Program-made: the position numbers and the translations under genes
Shown here: piece by piece, positions 30,727-40,786 of the stretch
Layout of the letters: each line of letters starts with the position of its first letter
Position numbering within the stretch: the first letter of the stretch is position 1
Notes under the pieces: model-generated
What the model saw: the letters and a program-made list of their open reading frames with translations, nothing else
What the model was told of the DNA's origin: nothing
The model's database searches: none
From: Bifidobacterium sp.
GTDB lineage: Bacteria; Actinomycetota; Actinomycetes; Actinomycetales; Bifidobacteriaceae
DNA length: 64,000 nucleotides
Reading direction: 5' to 3'
NCBI RefSeq assembly: GCF_022647885.1
Contig: NZ_JALCLM010000001.1
Coordinates: 1,656,610 to 1,720,609, forward strand

Positions 30727-33549
30727 TCAGTGCATGCGTTTACGAATAATCACCGTAATTGTGACACCTGTAAGTAACAGCAAGGTAGCAACTGCCATCA
30801 GAACAGAACTTTGCGCACCTGTAGTCGCGAGCGCATCCGTCTTCTTGGATGCCTTACTATTGCCGGCATTGTTCTTGGTATTTCCCTTGTGCTGCGTGTT
30901 GTTGGATGTAGTAGGAGTCGATGTGTTGCCTTTGTCAGTACCAGGTTGAGTTGAAGCATCGCTTTGAGTTTCTACAGAAGCCACGTTCTGGCCAGTAGTA
31001 ACCTTCACCACATTCCCCTTGGTATCTACAGTGACTTTAGCGCTGTATGCGGCAGCAAGATTGATTCTTCCCCAACCCTCGCTCGAAGCATCGAGGGGGT
31101 AACCGGAGTCGATCTCTGTTGATGCTAGAACTTGCTTCAGCTGTGCGTCGCTTAAGGAGCTGTAACCAGCAACGTTGCGTAACAGGTTAACCGCTGCGTC
31201 GGGAACAACTGCAGCTTGTCCCGTTTTACCTGTCTGGGTAAAACCGTAGGTCATCCGTGATGTGTAAGCAGCAATTGCGCTCGTTGTATCAGTTACAGTC
31301 TTCGTTGAAACGCTGTCTGTGAAGGAGTTTTGGTAGCCCTTAGAGCTCTTTGCATCTGTGGCAGTGATGCATGATTCCAAGGTGTCACCATAACCGTCAG
31401 CTTTGCATCGCGAAGTCAGATAGCTGACAAGCTCTTGACGTGCTGATTGTTCTTCTGCACTCACACTTTGGTCATTCAGTGCAGTTGCTACACCGTACTG
31501 ACCAGCAATGTGTCCGCCCATAATGTCGAGTGGATAATGCACGCCGAGCACGATACGGTTGTTGCCCGCCTCAGATACACGAGTCATAATTTGGGTGCCA
31601 AATTCAGGCAGAATGCTGGCCAGTCCAGCTCCCTGAGTGAAAGCGAAAGTGGTGTGACCAGATGGGAAAGAACCCGATGATGCGAGGCCGTCATATTGAC
31701 CTTGTTGTTCATACGCAGCCACCTTCTTAATTCCCAGCGTCTGTTGCAAACCGTTGAGATTAAGCGTTGTGCCATTGTAATTCACACGATCTACGTATGG
31801 GCGTGGGTGCGAAAAGGCGGTTTTGGCCTTGCCGGTGCTAGCTGAAGCGCTCATATCTTTCAGATAATCTGCGGTCTTGGAGAGCTTGCCACCGTTAATG
31901 CCTTCCTCATAATAATTACCTATAACAGTTCCTAGGGCATCATGAAGAGTCTTCTCTGAGTTCATTTCTGCATCAACCACGGCTCTGGCCTGCTGGTCGT
32001 TGGTACCATTAGCTGTTTCAGTTGCCGCTTTATTGTTGATTGACACAGTCAAATCATCATCGTGCTTCAACACGCTGCTACCTGCTGCAGTAACACCGAC
32101 ACCTGCCTGCCAATATTTACCGAAATCTGCAAGCAATCCAGTTATCGCGTCCGTGCTGGACACACTCACTGAGGGTTTGCTGTTACCGAAGGAGATGCTG
32201 AGAATATTCTGCTTGTCTGCGCTCAACGTAACTTTGGCGCTGTATGCCTTAGCAAGATTCAACCGTTCATAACCATTTGATGATGAATCAAAAGGATAGC
32301 CTGAATCAATTTCACTTGCTGCCAAAATCGCTTTGCGCTGTGAACCCGTCAACGTGGGGAAAGCTGTGAGAAGCAAGTTCTCTGCACCCTCTGGAACTAC
32401 GGCTGCTTTACCTGATGCACTGGTTTGATTAAAGCCGTAAGTCATGCGTGCTGTGTAAGCAGATATTGCTGAAGCACGATCTGTGACAGGCGTGGTTGAA
32501 ACAGCGTCAGTGAATGTATTGGTGTATCCATTGGCATCATTTGCCCCAGTTTTATCGATGCAATCCTGGAAAGTATCGCCGTAACCCGCAGCTTTGCACT
32601 GTGCGGTCATATAGTTAAGCAGCTCTTCTCTAGCTGGCAGCAGTTCGTCATTGCGGAAGTTTTCATCTGACCACCGTGAGGTATTCGCCGCTTCCCCGTT
32701 GATACGTCCACCCATTACATCGAGTGGATAATGCACTCCAAGAGCAATACGGTTGTTACCAGCTTCTGAAGCTCTAGTAACAATTTCGGTGCCTAATTCA
32801 GGCAGTAATGTAGCCAGACCGATTCCCGCAGAATATGCATAGGTGGTATGTCCCGAAGGGAATGCTTGTGAAGGCGCGGCAAACATACTTGCATAGCTTG
32901 CACTGTGCGTCAGCCCTGTGCTGGTATCTGTCCAATCAGCAATACGACTGATTTGCAGCTTTGACTTCAAACCGTTGAGGTTATTCTCCCCACTCATAGA
33001 ACGGTTTTGTCTGTCCTGAGCAACAGTGAAGAAAGGACGTGGATAATTGAAATATTGCTTTGCAGCACCTGTACCTAGATAAGTGGTTACCGTCGCAGTT
33101 TTGCTGAATAGTAAAGCATTGGTTTTGGGCAATGATCCATCATTAAGACCATTCACCAAGAATTTGCTCAGAATCGGACCAAGTGCATCTGAGTATGTCT
33201 CTTTAGCATTCTGATCCGCATCAATTAAGGCTCGTTGCGCCTGGGTGTGTGTGCCATCCACTGTTGCCGTGCTACTGGCAGTAGCGTTATTAATGCTCTC
33301 TGTCAGTGTGTCGTTCTTTGCCAGCACACTTTTGCCTGCTTCACTGACACTACCGCGGTAGACATCGTTGCTTGCGTTGCTTGCGTTCGCCTTAGGCGTC
33401 CACCAATTGTTATATTCACCCAGAAGGGTAACGACATTCGGTTTATTACTGTCTGACGTATAACTCGTTGCGGCTTGGGCTGCAGTGGCAGGTACTAGCG
33501 TGGCCAATGCAAGCACAGAAGCAGACACGAGTTTCAAAGCTCTCTTCAT
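30727..33549 (-). CDS. Sortase-anchored acid phosphatase with two tandem PAP2 domains
   Basis: Signal peptide ending AQA. Two motif sets: KQYFNYPRP / PSGH / NRIALGVHYPLD and KTAFSHPRP / PSGH / NRIVLGVHYPLD. C-terminal LATTG + TM + RKR. Confidence 0.88.
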   Translation of the reverse strand: MKRALKLVSASVLALATLVPATAAQAATSYTSDSNKPNVVTLLGEYNNWWTPKANASNASNDVYRGSVSEAGKSVLAKNDTLTESINNATASSTATVDGTHTQAQRALIDADQNAKETYSDALGPILSKFLVNGLNDGSLPKTNALLFSKTATVTTYLGTGAAKQYFNYPRPFFTVAQDRQNRSMSGENNLNGLKSKLQISRIADWTDTSTGLTHSASYASMFAAPSQAFPSGHTTYAYSAGIGLATLLPELGTEIVTRASEAGNNRIALGVHYPLDVMGGRINGEAANTSRWSDENFRNDELLPAREELLNYMTAQCKAAGYGDTFQDCIDKTGANDANGYTNTFTDAVSTTPVTDRASAISAYTARMTYGFNQTSASGKAAVVPEGAENLLLTAFPTLTGSQRKAILAASEIDSGYPFDSSSNGYERLNLAKAYSAKVTLSADKQNILSISFGNSKPSVSVSSTDAITGLLADFGKYWQAGVGVTAAGSSVLKHDDDLTVSINNKAATETANGTNDQQARAVVDAEMNSEKTLHDALGTVIGNYYEEGINGGKLSKTADYLKDMSASASTGKAKTAFSHPRPYVDRVNYNGTTLNLNGLQQTLGIKKVAAYEQQGQYDGLASSGSFPSGHTTFAFTQGAGLASILPEFGTQIMTRVSEAGNNRIVLGVHYPLDIMGGHIAGQYGVATALNDQSVSAEEQSARQELVSYLTSRCKADGYGDTLESCITATDAKSSKGYQNSFTDSVSTKTVTDTTSAIAAYTSRMTYGFTQTGKTGQAAVVPDAAVNLLRNVAGYSSLSDAQLKQVLASTEIDSGYPLDASSEGWGRINLAAAYSAKVTVDTKGNVVKVTTGQNVASVETQSDASTQPGTDKGNTSTPTTSNNTQHKGNTKNNAGNSKASKKTDALATTGAQSSVLMAVATLLLLTGVTITVIIRKRMH

Positions 33550-33883
33550 GTGTTCTCCAAATGTGTTCATGATTCATCAACCCTCGAGAACGTGCGCCAC
33601 ATCCCCATACACTGACGCATTTTTCACAACGGGGGTACTTCCGTTGTAAACCTCTAACTTCATCAGCCACGCCCCAAGGCATTGACCTTCATTCAGTGTT
33701 CATCCCAACTTCACCTAACTAGCCCTGACGCCGAAGGACATGAGACAAGTTGATACATCTGCAATACAATCAGTGTTTTCATCGAAATTCTGCGAAAATA
33801 TACCGACCCGTATTGCAGTTAACTCTGATCAGGACAAGAACTCGGCTGTGCAATGGTCTGCAAGGCATGACAAACTAAGAACT

Positions 33884-34423
33884 ATGACAACAGCGATTAT
33901 GCACACCTCTATGGGTGATATCCGTATTAATCTTTTCGACCAAAATGCACCTGAAACAGTTGCAAACTTCATCGGCCTCGCCAACGGCAGCAAAACATGG
34001 ACCGATCCCTTCACTGGTGAAGAGAGTAACGAACCGTTTTACAACGGACTTTCCTTCCACCGCATCATTAAAGACTTCATGATTCAAGGAGGATGCCCTC
34101 TTGGGACCGGCACTGGCGGACCTGGCTACAACTTTGATGACGAAATTGATCCTTCATTAAAATTCGATAAGCCCTATCTCTTCGCGATGGCCAATGCAGG
34201 GCTTCGTCGCGATCCACGGACTGGCGCAGTTCATGGTACGAATGGCTCACAATTCTTCATCACAACAGTCCCCACTCCTTGGCTCAATGGTCATCACACT
34301 ATCTTTGGTGAAGTCGCCGATGAAGATTCCCGCAAAGTTGTGGACGCTCTTGACGCTGTCACCACCGATTCTTCAGATGTTCCTGAGGAACCAGTGATGA
34401 TTGAAACCATCGAAATCATCTGA
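33884..34423 (+). CDS. ppiA: Cyclophilin-type peptidyl-prolyl cis-trans isomerase
   Basis: APETVANF, FHRIIKDFMIQGGCP.GTGTGGPGY, AMANAG, NGSQFFIT, WLNGHHTIFG. Confidence 0.93.
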   Translation: MTTAIMHTSMGDIRINLFDQNAPETVANFIGLANGSKTWTDPFTGEESNEPFYNGLSFHRIIKDFMIQGGCPLGTGTGGPGYNFDDEIDPSLKFDKPYLFAMANAGLRRDPRTGAVHGTNGSQFFITTVPTPWLNGHHTIFGEVADEDSRKVVDALDAVTTDSSDVPEEPVMIETIEII

Positions 34424-34602
34424 ACTTCTCAACGAAGCCCCACTCTTTTCAGTGCATACCAGCATAACGAAGACGTGGGGTTTTCTCTTATTCGCTGATG
34501 GTGTTGATGTATGTATTAATGCCAAATATTAACCATAATCTTCGAAAGTACACACAACACAGATAACATGCATTAATAACGACTGTTCAAAGGGGAACCA
34601 AA

Positions 34603-35658
34603 ATGAGCGCAACAGCTCCAATTCAGCACCACCGCACGCGAGATGGTCAGATCAATGTTGCTATTCTCGGTGCAGGTGGAATTGCTAACACGATGGCGCG
34701 CACACTGCTCGCCATGGCATCTGACAAACGCTATAGCAGCTTAATCAATCCATATGCAGTTGCTGCCCGTGATTCAGAACGGGCCAGCACTTTTGCACAA
34801 CAGTATGGCCTACCTGTATCTTACGGTTCATACGAAGACTTGGTGGCAGATCCACATGTCGATCTGGTGTATATCGCCACTCCACATAGCATGCACGCCG
34901 AGCAGGCACTTCTTTGCCTTGAGGCCGGTAAGAATATATTGGTTGAAAAGTCATTTACTGCAAACGCTGAGCAGGCGCAGCAAGTTTTCGCGCTGTCTGA
35001 GTCCAAAGGTTTACTCTGTACTGAAGCAATTTGGACACGGTACATGCCCTCTCGTGGCATCATCGATGAGATTATCAGTTCAGGCCAGATTGGACAGGTG
35101 GTCTCAGCTAGCGCAAATCTTGGTTATCCAATCACTGGTCACGCACGGCTTGTCGATCCATCGTTGGCTGGCGGCGCACTGCTCGATGTAGGCGTCTACC
35201 CTCTCAACTTCTTGGATATGGCATTACAAGGAAGAAATCCTAGCCGGATTGCTAGCGCATACCAGCCATATAGCACTGGTGTTGACGCTCAAAGCTCGAC
35301 CACACTCTTTTATGATGATGGAATCATGGCTGTAGCCACCAGCAGCATGCTTGGCCAGTCGGATCGCACTGGCTGCGTTTGGGGTACCAAAGGCGTACTC
35401 ATCTGTGAAAACATCAACGACATTTCCTCGATCAAAACCTTTGGGCCAGATTATAAGCTAATCACTGATTATCGCATTCCCGAACAACTCACCGGCTATG
35501 AATACGAAGTCGAATCAGCAGCACACGCAATACTTGAGGGGAAGCAGGAGTGCCCCGAGATGCCTCATTCGGACACGATTCGAATCATGAAAATGATGGA
35601 TGAGATACGTGGAATCTGGGGTGTACGGTACCCCTTTGAGACCACACCACAACACTAA
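34603..35658 (+). CDS. Gfo/Idh/MocA family oxidoreductase
   Basis: VAILGAGGIA, VDLVYIATPH, ILVEKSF, GGALLDVGVYP. Confidence 0.92.
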   Translation: MSATAPIQHHRTRDGQINVAILGAGGIANTMARTLLAMASDKRYSSLINPYAVAARDSERASTFAQQYGLPVSYGSYEDLVADPHVDLVYIATPHSMHAEQALLCLEAGKNILVEKSFTANAEQAQQVFALSESKGLLCTEAIWTRYMPSRGIIDEIISSGQIGQVVSASANLGYPITGHARLVDPSLAGGALLDVGVYPLNFLDMALQGRNPSRIASAYQPYSTGVDAQSSTTLFYDDGIMAVATSSMLGQSDRTGCVWGTKGVLICENINDISSIKTFGPDYKLITDYRIPEQLTGYEYEVESAAHAILEGKQECPEMPHSDTIRIMKMMDEIRGIWGVRYPFETTPQH

Positions 35659-35675
35659 ATAATATCTTCTCGTCC

Positions 35676-35714
35676 ATGCCGCTGCCAGTGCGCTGACCAT
35701 ATTGGCAGCGGCAT
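35676..35714. terminator. Probable bidirectional terminator
   Basis: 12-bp inverted repeat ATGCCGCTGCCA / TGGCAGCGGCAT between convergent genes. Confidence 0.6.
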
Positions 35715-35827
35715 ACTCATGGTGTGTAAACAGCCGCCTATCTCACTTATTTCAGATATTCTGGGGACATCTGCAGACAGTTTGCTATATAGACAGTTCC
35801 ATCTACACAGTTTCATCTACACAGTTT

Positions 35828-36274
35828 TCAGTATTGTTGTTGCGTCCGATTTTGTGATGACTCACCATGTGCCCAATCAACAACAGCTTCGATGTTGTTA
35901 CCATCGGGATCTAATATGAAAGCAGCAAAATACCCTGGGTGATAATCTCTTAATCCTGGTTGTCCATAATCCTTACCCCCAGCTGCAATACCAGCTTGAT
36001 AGAACAATCTCACTGAAGAATCATTACGCGCTTGGAATGCAATATGCGTAATAGGCGATAAAACTTCATGTCGACCATCCCCAATGGCTGGCTCCTGGGA
36101 CGGCAGCATTGGAGACACATAAAAATCGGCGTGCGGCGTCCCATCTGAGACACCAAAACCAATCGTCTCATCGTGCTGAACCTTAGGAACATAGCCTAAC
36201 GGGGCCAACACTCGAGTATAAAAATCAATGGAGCGCCCAATGTCTGTGACCCGCAGTGTGATGTGATCAATCAT
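35828..36274 (-). CDS. VOC family (glyoxalase/bleomycin resistance) protein
   Basis: IDHITLRV, THIAF, YFAAFILDPDGNNIEAV. Confidence 0.9.
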   Translation of the reverse strand: MIDHITLRVTDIGRSIDFYTRVLAPLGYVPKVQHDETIGFGVSDGTPHADFYVSPMLPSQEPAIGDGRHEVLSPITHIAFQARNDSSVRLFYQAGIAAGGKDYGQPGLRDYHPGYFAAFILDPDGNNIEAVVDWAHGESSQNRTQQQY

Positions 36275-36696
36275 TATGCGTTCACAGCGGCACGTGCTGG
36301 TGTAATCATCGTGAGCATCATGATTGACGGTTCTACAGCTTGCACAGCATGTGGCAGACGGGTTGGGAAATATATAAGCCCCCCAGGCAGCAAATCCACT
36401 GTCTCACCTGATCCTGTAACTTTGAGATGACCTGAAATTGTCTGCACAAATACTGGCATAGCAGCCGTATGCTCACTGAGTTGCTGTCCTGCATCGAAAG
36501 AGAACAGCACCACATTCCCACCAGCCTGCTGCATAATGGTGCGAGAAACAGTAGCCTCGTCTTGGACCTTAACAAGAGAACTCACATCAGGAATATAACC
36601 AAGCTCCAAAGCCTCTGCCGCCTCTGATCCTTCAACTCGCGGCTGTCCTGCTATCAATGCGCTCTTAGCAACTTTCAGCTCCTCATGTTCCGCCAT
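36274..36696 (-). CDS. Cupin domain protein
   Basis: VVLFSFDAGQQLSEHTA...PHAVQAVE. Its stop overlaps the VOC start codon. Confidence 0.85.
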   Translation of the reverse strand: MAEHEELKVAKSALIAGQPRVEGSEAAEALELGYIPDVSSLVKVQDEATVSRTIMQQAGGNVVLFSFDAGQQLSEHTAAMPVFVQTISGHLKVTGSGETVDLLPGGLIYFPTRLPHAVQAVEPSIMMLTMITPARAAVNA

Positions 36697-36884
36697 GCTT
36701 ATTCCTTTCAGTTGTACTGCTTCATGTCAATGATCAAGATTTCATAATCGCATTGTTTGTTATAGAAATGTCAATCCCACAGGTGAATTTATACCTGCAC
36801 ATCGAGCCCCACAGTGACCTGTATTACCGCGGAAGAATAACCGTTGAGTCTCTGTGTGATCGACTGCCATTGGCGACTCCTCTA

Positions 36885-37724
36885 TTAAGCCTTCTTATGC
36901 GCAACTATCGCAATACCATGTATATGCCGTTTGTATGTGGTAAATGTCTGTCTCATAGTCATCACGCGCTTGCGGGCCTGTTTATCACGGATGATATTTT
37001 TCAGTATCCGCAGCACCCCCATGAAGTCTTCATCCGCGATATTACGCTTTATCTGTAGCAATGCCATGGGTGCCGTACCAACCCAATCAACTTCAAAGCC
37101 CTCTGAAATCAATAAACTCTTCCACTCGGAAGTAGTCAGAGGTCGAGCATTAACTTTAATGGATTGCGCCAACTCTTTGCGTATTTGTTCTTTGGTGTCA
37201 CCTTCTAAATTATCGGGTTCCAAACCAAGTTCGTGGATAGCATACCTTCCACCTGGTCGCAGTAGACGCCAAGCTTCTGAAATGATTTGCTGTTTACCAC
37301 GGTCGCTTTGCATGGTCAGCATAGCTTCGCCAACAACTACATCGGCGCTATAGTCTGGCAAGCCTGTATCTTGGGCTTTCGCCGTGATACATCTCCCTTT
37401 GCCTGCAACTACCTTGTTGACGATTACAGCAGCCTTAGAATCCTCATCTACTCCGGTATAACCCGATGGGCGATATGTAAGAATCTCTGACGCTGTGGCA
37501 CCTAAACCTGGTGCAAACTCCACCACATCTTGATTTTCGAGCTTTGCATGTGCAAGTAGTTGCCTAGTTAATTGCAAACCACCTGGCCTGAGCACTCTCT
37601 TGCCAAGACGTGCCAACAACCAATGCCCCGGAATATGCGCCGAATCACGCTGGGCAAAAGGTAACTCTTCATTGTTGAGCTGTTTGGAAGACTCTGGTGA
37701 CGAGGATTTACTTGGGCTGGTCAT
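36885..37724 (-). CDS. Class I SAM-dependent methyltransferase
   Basis: PGHWLLARLGKRVLRPGG, VVEFAPGLG, RLLRPGGRYAIHEL. Start uncertain (37724, or 37835 per ORF track). Confidence 0.82.
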   Translation of the reverse strand: MTSPSKSSSPESSKQLNNEELPFAQRDSAHIPGHWLLARLGKRVLRPGGLQLTRQLLAHAKLENQDVVEFAPGLGATASEILTYRPSGYTGVDEDSKAAVIVNKVVAGKGRCITAKAQDTGLPDYSADVVVGEAMLTMQSDRGKQQIISEAWRLLRPGGRYAIHELGLEPDNLEGDTKEQIRKELAQSIKVNARPLTTSEWKSLLISEGFEVDWVGTAPMALLQIKRNIADEDFMGVLRILKNIIRDKQARKRVMTMRQTFTTYKRHIHGIAIVAHKKA

Positions 37725-37837
37725 ACAGCCCAAACTATCTTCCTGCAGCAAATGCCACAAGAGCAACAATAAAAAAACCGGCAAACTCCCAGATAACTTG
37801 TAGAGTGCATTGCAATCTGGGAGTCCACGATGCACTA

Positions 37838-39862
37838 TCAGATATCTGTGCTAAGCGTCCGCAGCTGTCGTAGAGACACTTTTGCTATCGCACAGTTGCA
37901 ACCATGAAGGAACTTAACGTTCCCGATGCTGTCATCTGACGGAAACACCAAGCTTCCAACAGATTCTCCGTGGTTGACGAATACCTCCACTACCTGTTGA
38001 TCAAAAAATATCTCAAGATGCCGGATATCCGTACTTGGAGATTCAAAATGGACTGAGTCTGTTGGAGCACCCTGTGTTTCCAATAACAAGCGTCCTGATC
38101 GCATTACCAACGACAAAGTCTTGTTTACTGATTCGTACTGCCGCTGTTCTCCATCATTTCGAGTTTCTCTCAAGACTGCAAGCTGAATGGTGAAGTCGTT
38201 GTCGCTGAGCAAATCGCATGCACAATAATATGCATTTTGGGGAATTGTTATCCCTCTATCATCCTCCAAGACAGATGTATTGGTATCACCGTGTCGTTCA
38301 ACTTCGAATAGCGTGTCTCCAAGCAATTCCCTATATACCTCAGCAACTGGATGTTGAATGAGTTTGCCATTGCTCCATCCCAATTCTCTCGGTAAACTCA
38401 TCACACCGTTTGCTTGGTATGGTAGCTGCGTGCGAAGGCCATAGAAATCACACAACCAGCCAATAACAATACGCCGCCCTTGATAGCTGAAGCTTTGCGA
38501 AGCGTAGTAGGCACCACCAAAATCGCACAGCCCAGAGTACTGAGGGGTAAGTCGTTCTCCATCAAATGAACCGGCATACCACATCACAGGCTGGAATCGA
38601 CCACACCCATCACGATAATTCATCAATGATGCCGCAGCAATCCACATACCGTCCAGTTCAAAAAAATCAGGACATTCGTATGTTCTAACATCTTCTCCCC
38701 GTGGGTCTTGAAGGAGCGTACCTTTCCATTCCCAGTGCAGCAAATCATTCGACACATATTGAACCAGCGCAGCTGATCTGCCAGCAGGTGGTGCGTATGA
38801 GCCAACCTCATCTAGAGAACCCTGTGCAGGCCCACCATCGCAATTCATCGTAAATGAATCACTCTTGGAAGCGGACCAAGGCATATTGCTCGCAAGGATC
38901 ATAGACCAGTGTCCGCATATTCCATCAGCACTATGCGTATCCGCCACCCAATTCACCTTTGGGTCTCTGAAATCAACACCTATTTCACTACGGTCACGCC
39001 ATACGAGTGTTTGTTCATCTGAAAAAGACAGCCCACCATCCAGACTGCACGCTGTGGTTTGATATTCCACAATCTGCGATGGAACTTCTTTGCTCGCGAA
39101 ATGTCTAGTCAAAAACACTCTGAGAATCTGGGCATCTTCTCCAGAAGCCAAATTACCTTGGCTATTCAAGGTAATCGCGCTTCCTGAAAATGCACCACCC
39201 GTCAAACGACTATCTTCATTCAATTCCTGCTGGGGCCAAAATACTACTGGCTGGTATATCCAATGCACGAGATCCCTACTCGCCATATGCCCCCAATGCA
39301 TATTGTCCCAAGTGGAGCTATATGGATTGAATTGGAAGAACAAATGGTAGAAACCTTGGAAGAAGCATAAGCCATTAGGGTCATTCATCCAATGTTTTGG
39401 TGGTTCAGCATGCACTGCGGACTGTCTAGCGATCAGATCGGTTGTGGCAGTTGCCTGCTCATTTAGCACACGTATGCCCTTACCGAGCTGATATGAGATC
39501 CACTGGGGGTTTCGGTCTTTCATATCCTTAAACTGCAGGCCTTTGCCACACGGTCTCGAAAGATATGCAAATGTAATACTCAAACCAAGGTATTCCAGTG
39601 CAAACTCTTCGCCGTCTTCAACAAGAGGTATCTCAAAACGTTCATACCCACGCCGATGGCATTGAAGCCTTTCACTCAACACTCTGACACTGCCATCTGC
39701 CGAATACGCTGTGAATCTCAAACTGCAGTCCTGCTGTGAGGCACACATGTCATAGTCTGATTGCCTTTGATAAAACACTTCCAAGCGCGAGTATTCTTCT
39801 GCGCTGAATACCATTGAGGTCATTTTCCCACATTTCAATGTTGTACGTCCTTCGAGGGACAC
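37838..39862 (-). CDS. GH32 beta-fructofuranosidase with N-terminal extension
   Basis: WMNDPNG, WGHMASRDLVHW, FSGSA, FRDPK, YECPD, YASQSF, MSLPREL. Confidence 0.9.
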   Translation of the reverse strand: MSLEGRTTLKCGKMTSMVFSAEEYSRLEVFYQRQSDYDMCASQQDCSLRFTAYSADGSVRVLSERLQCHRRGYERFEIPLVEDGEEFALEYLGLSITFAYLSRPCGKGLQFKDMKDRNPQWISYQLGKGIRVLNEQATATTDLIARQSAVHAEPPKHWMNDPNGLCFFQGFYHLFFQFNPYSSTWDNMHWGHMASRDLVHWIYQPVVFWPQQELNEDSRLTGGAFSGSAITLNSQGNLASGEDAQILRVFLTRHFASKEVPSQIVEYQTTACSLDGGLSFSDEQTLVWRDRSEIGVDFRDPKVNWVADTHSADGICGHWSMILASNMPWSASKSDSFTMNCDGGPAQGSLDEVGSYAPPAGRSAALVQYVSNDLLHWEWKGTLLQDPRGEDVRTYECPDFFELDGMWIAAASLMNYRDGCGRFQPVMWYAGSFDGERLTPQYSGLCDFGGAYYASQSFSYQGRRIVIGWLCDFYGLRTQLPYQANGVMSLPRELGWSNGKLIQHPVAEVYRELLGDTLFEVERHGDTNTSVLEDDRGITIPQNAYYCACDLLSDNDFTIQLAVLRETRNDGEQRQYESVNKTLSLVMRSGRLLLETQGAPTDSVHFESPSTDIRHLEIFFDQQVVEVFVNHGESVGSLVFPSDDSIGNVKFLHGCNCAIAKVSLRQLRTLSTDI

Positions 39863-40774
39863 TTAGCCTTTGACTCCTGAAGAGGCAATTGAATTGACAA
39901 ACTGTTTCTGAAAAAGTACAAAAACTATAATTATCGGCACTGTTATCAGAGAAGAATAAGCCATAATTTGCCCCCACGATGTGGTCATCTGCTGGAAGTA
40001 TTGGATACCAATCATCACCGGCCGATGCGACTCGGACTGCACAACCATCAGAGGCCATACGTACTGATTCCACATAGGCAGAAAACTCAGAATAACTACC
40101 GTTGCAGTAGCTGGCCCCGACAGAGGCATCACAATCCTTGAATAAATTTTGAACCAGCCAGCACCATCTACACGAGCAGCTTCATCAAGCTCTTTGGGGA
40201 TCGAATCAAAATACTGCATATACAAATAAATCGAGAAAGCATTAGCTATAAATGGGATTATTTGGACATAAATTGTGTCAATCCATCCTTGTGTGAAGTA
40301 TGGACCAAATTGATCTATAGCGATACCTGGGAGCTGATTCACCCACCACAGCAACGGTATGGCATATGTTTCAAACGGTACCATCAAGGTGGCCAATATG
40401 AAGGTGAAAATTACCGCTCTACCTTTCACACGCAGTCTACTCAAACCAAATGCTGCCATGGAATTCACTACTATCCCTAGAACGACGGTAATGAGTGTGA
40501 TAACAACCGAGTTCATCAAGAACGTCATCACTGGAACTCGAGAAAAAACTTGCTGATAATTCTCTAGAGAAAGATCGCCGATAGGCAAGAATGATTTCAA
40601 CGAGCCAAGATCATTCATAATTGCGCCGTCACTTTTAAAGCTCGACACCACCATGAAAATCAGAGGGAAAGCAAACAACACCGCAAAAGCTAAGCGAATT
40701 ATCCACCCAGCAATTGTGACATGGTCTCCATTATTCTTGATTCTGCGTGCACTACGCGAATGCCTTATATTCAT
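39863..40774 (-). CDS. Carbohydrate ABC transporter permease (MalG-like)
   Basis: EAA loop IPKELDEAARVDGAG; multiple TM segments. Confidence 0.92.
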   Translation of the reverse strand: MNIRHSRSARRIKNNGDHVTIAGWIIRLAFAVLFAFPLIFMVVSSFKSDGAIMNDLGSLKSFLPIGDLSLENYQQVFSRVPVMTFLMNSVVITLITVVLGIVVNSMAAFGLSRLRVKGRAVIFTFILATLMVPFETYAIPLLWWVNQLPGIAIDQFGPYFTQGWIDTIYVQIIPFIANAFSIYLYMQYFDSIPKELDEAARVDGAGWFKIYSRIVMPLSGPATATVVILSFLPMWNQYVWPLMVVQSESHRPVMIGIQYFQQMTTSWGQIMAYSSLITVPIIIVFVLFQKQFVNSIASSGVKG

Positions 40775-40786
40775 TGCTCAATCCCC

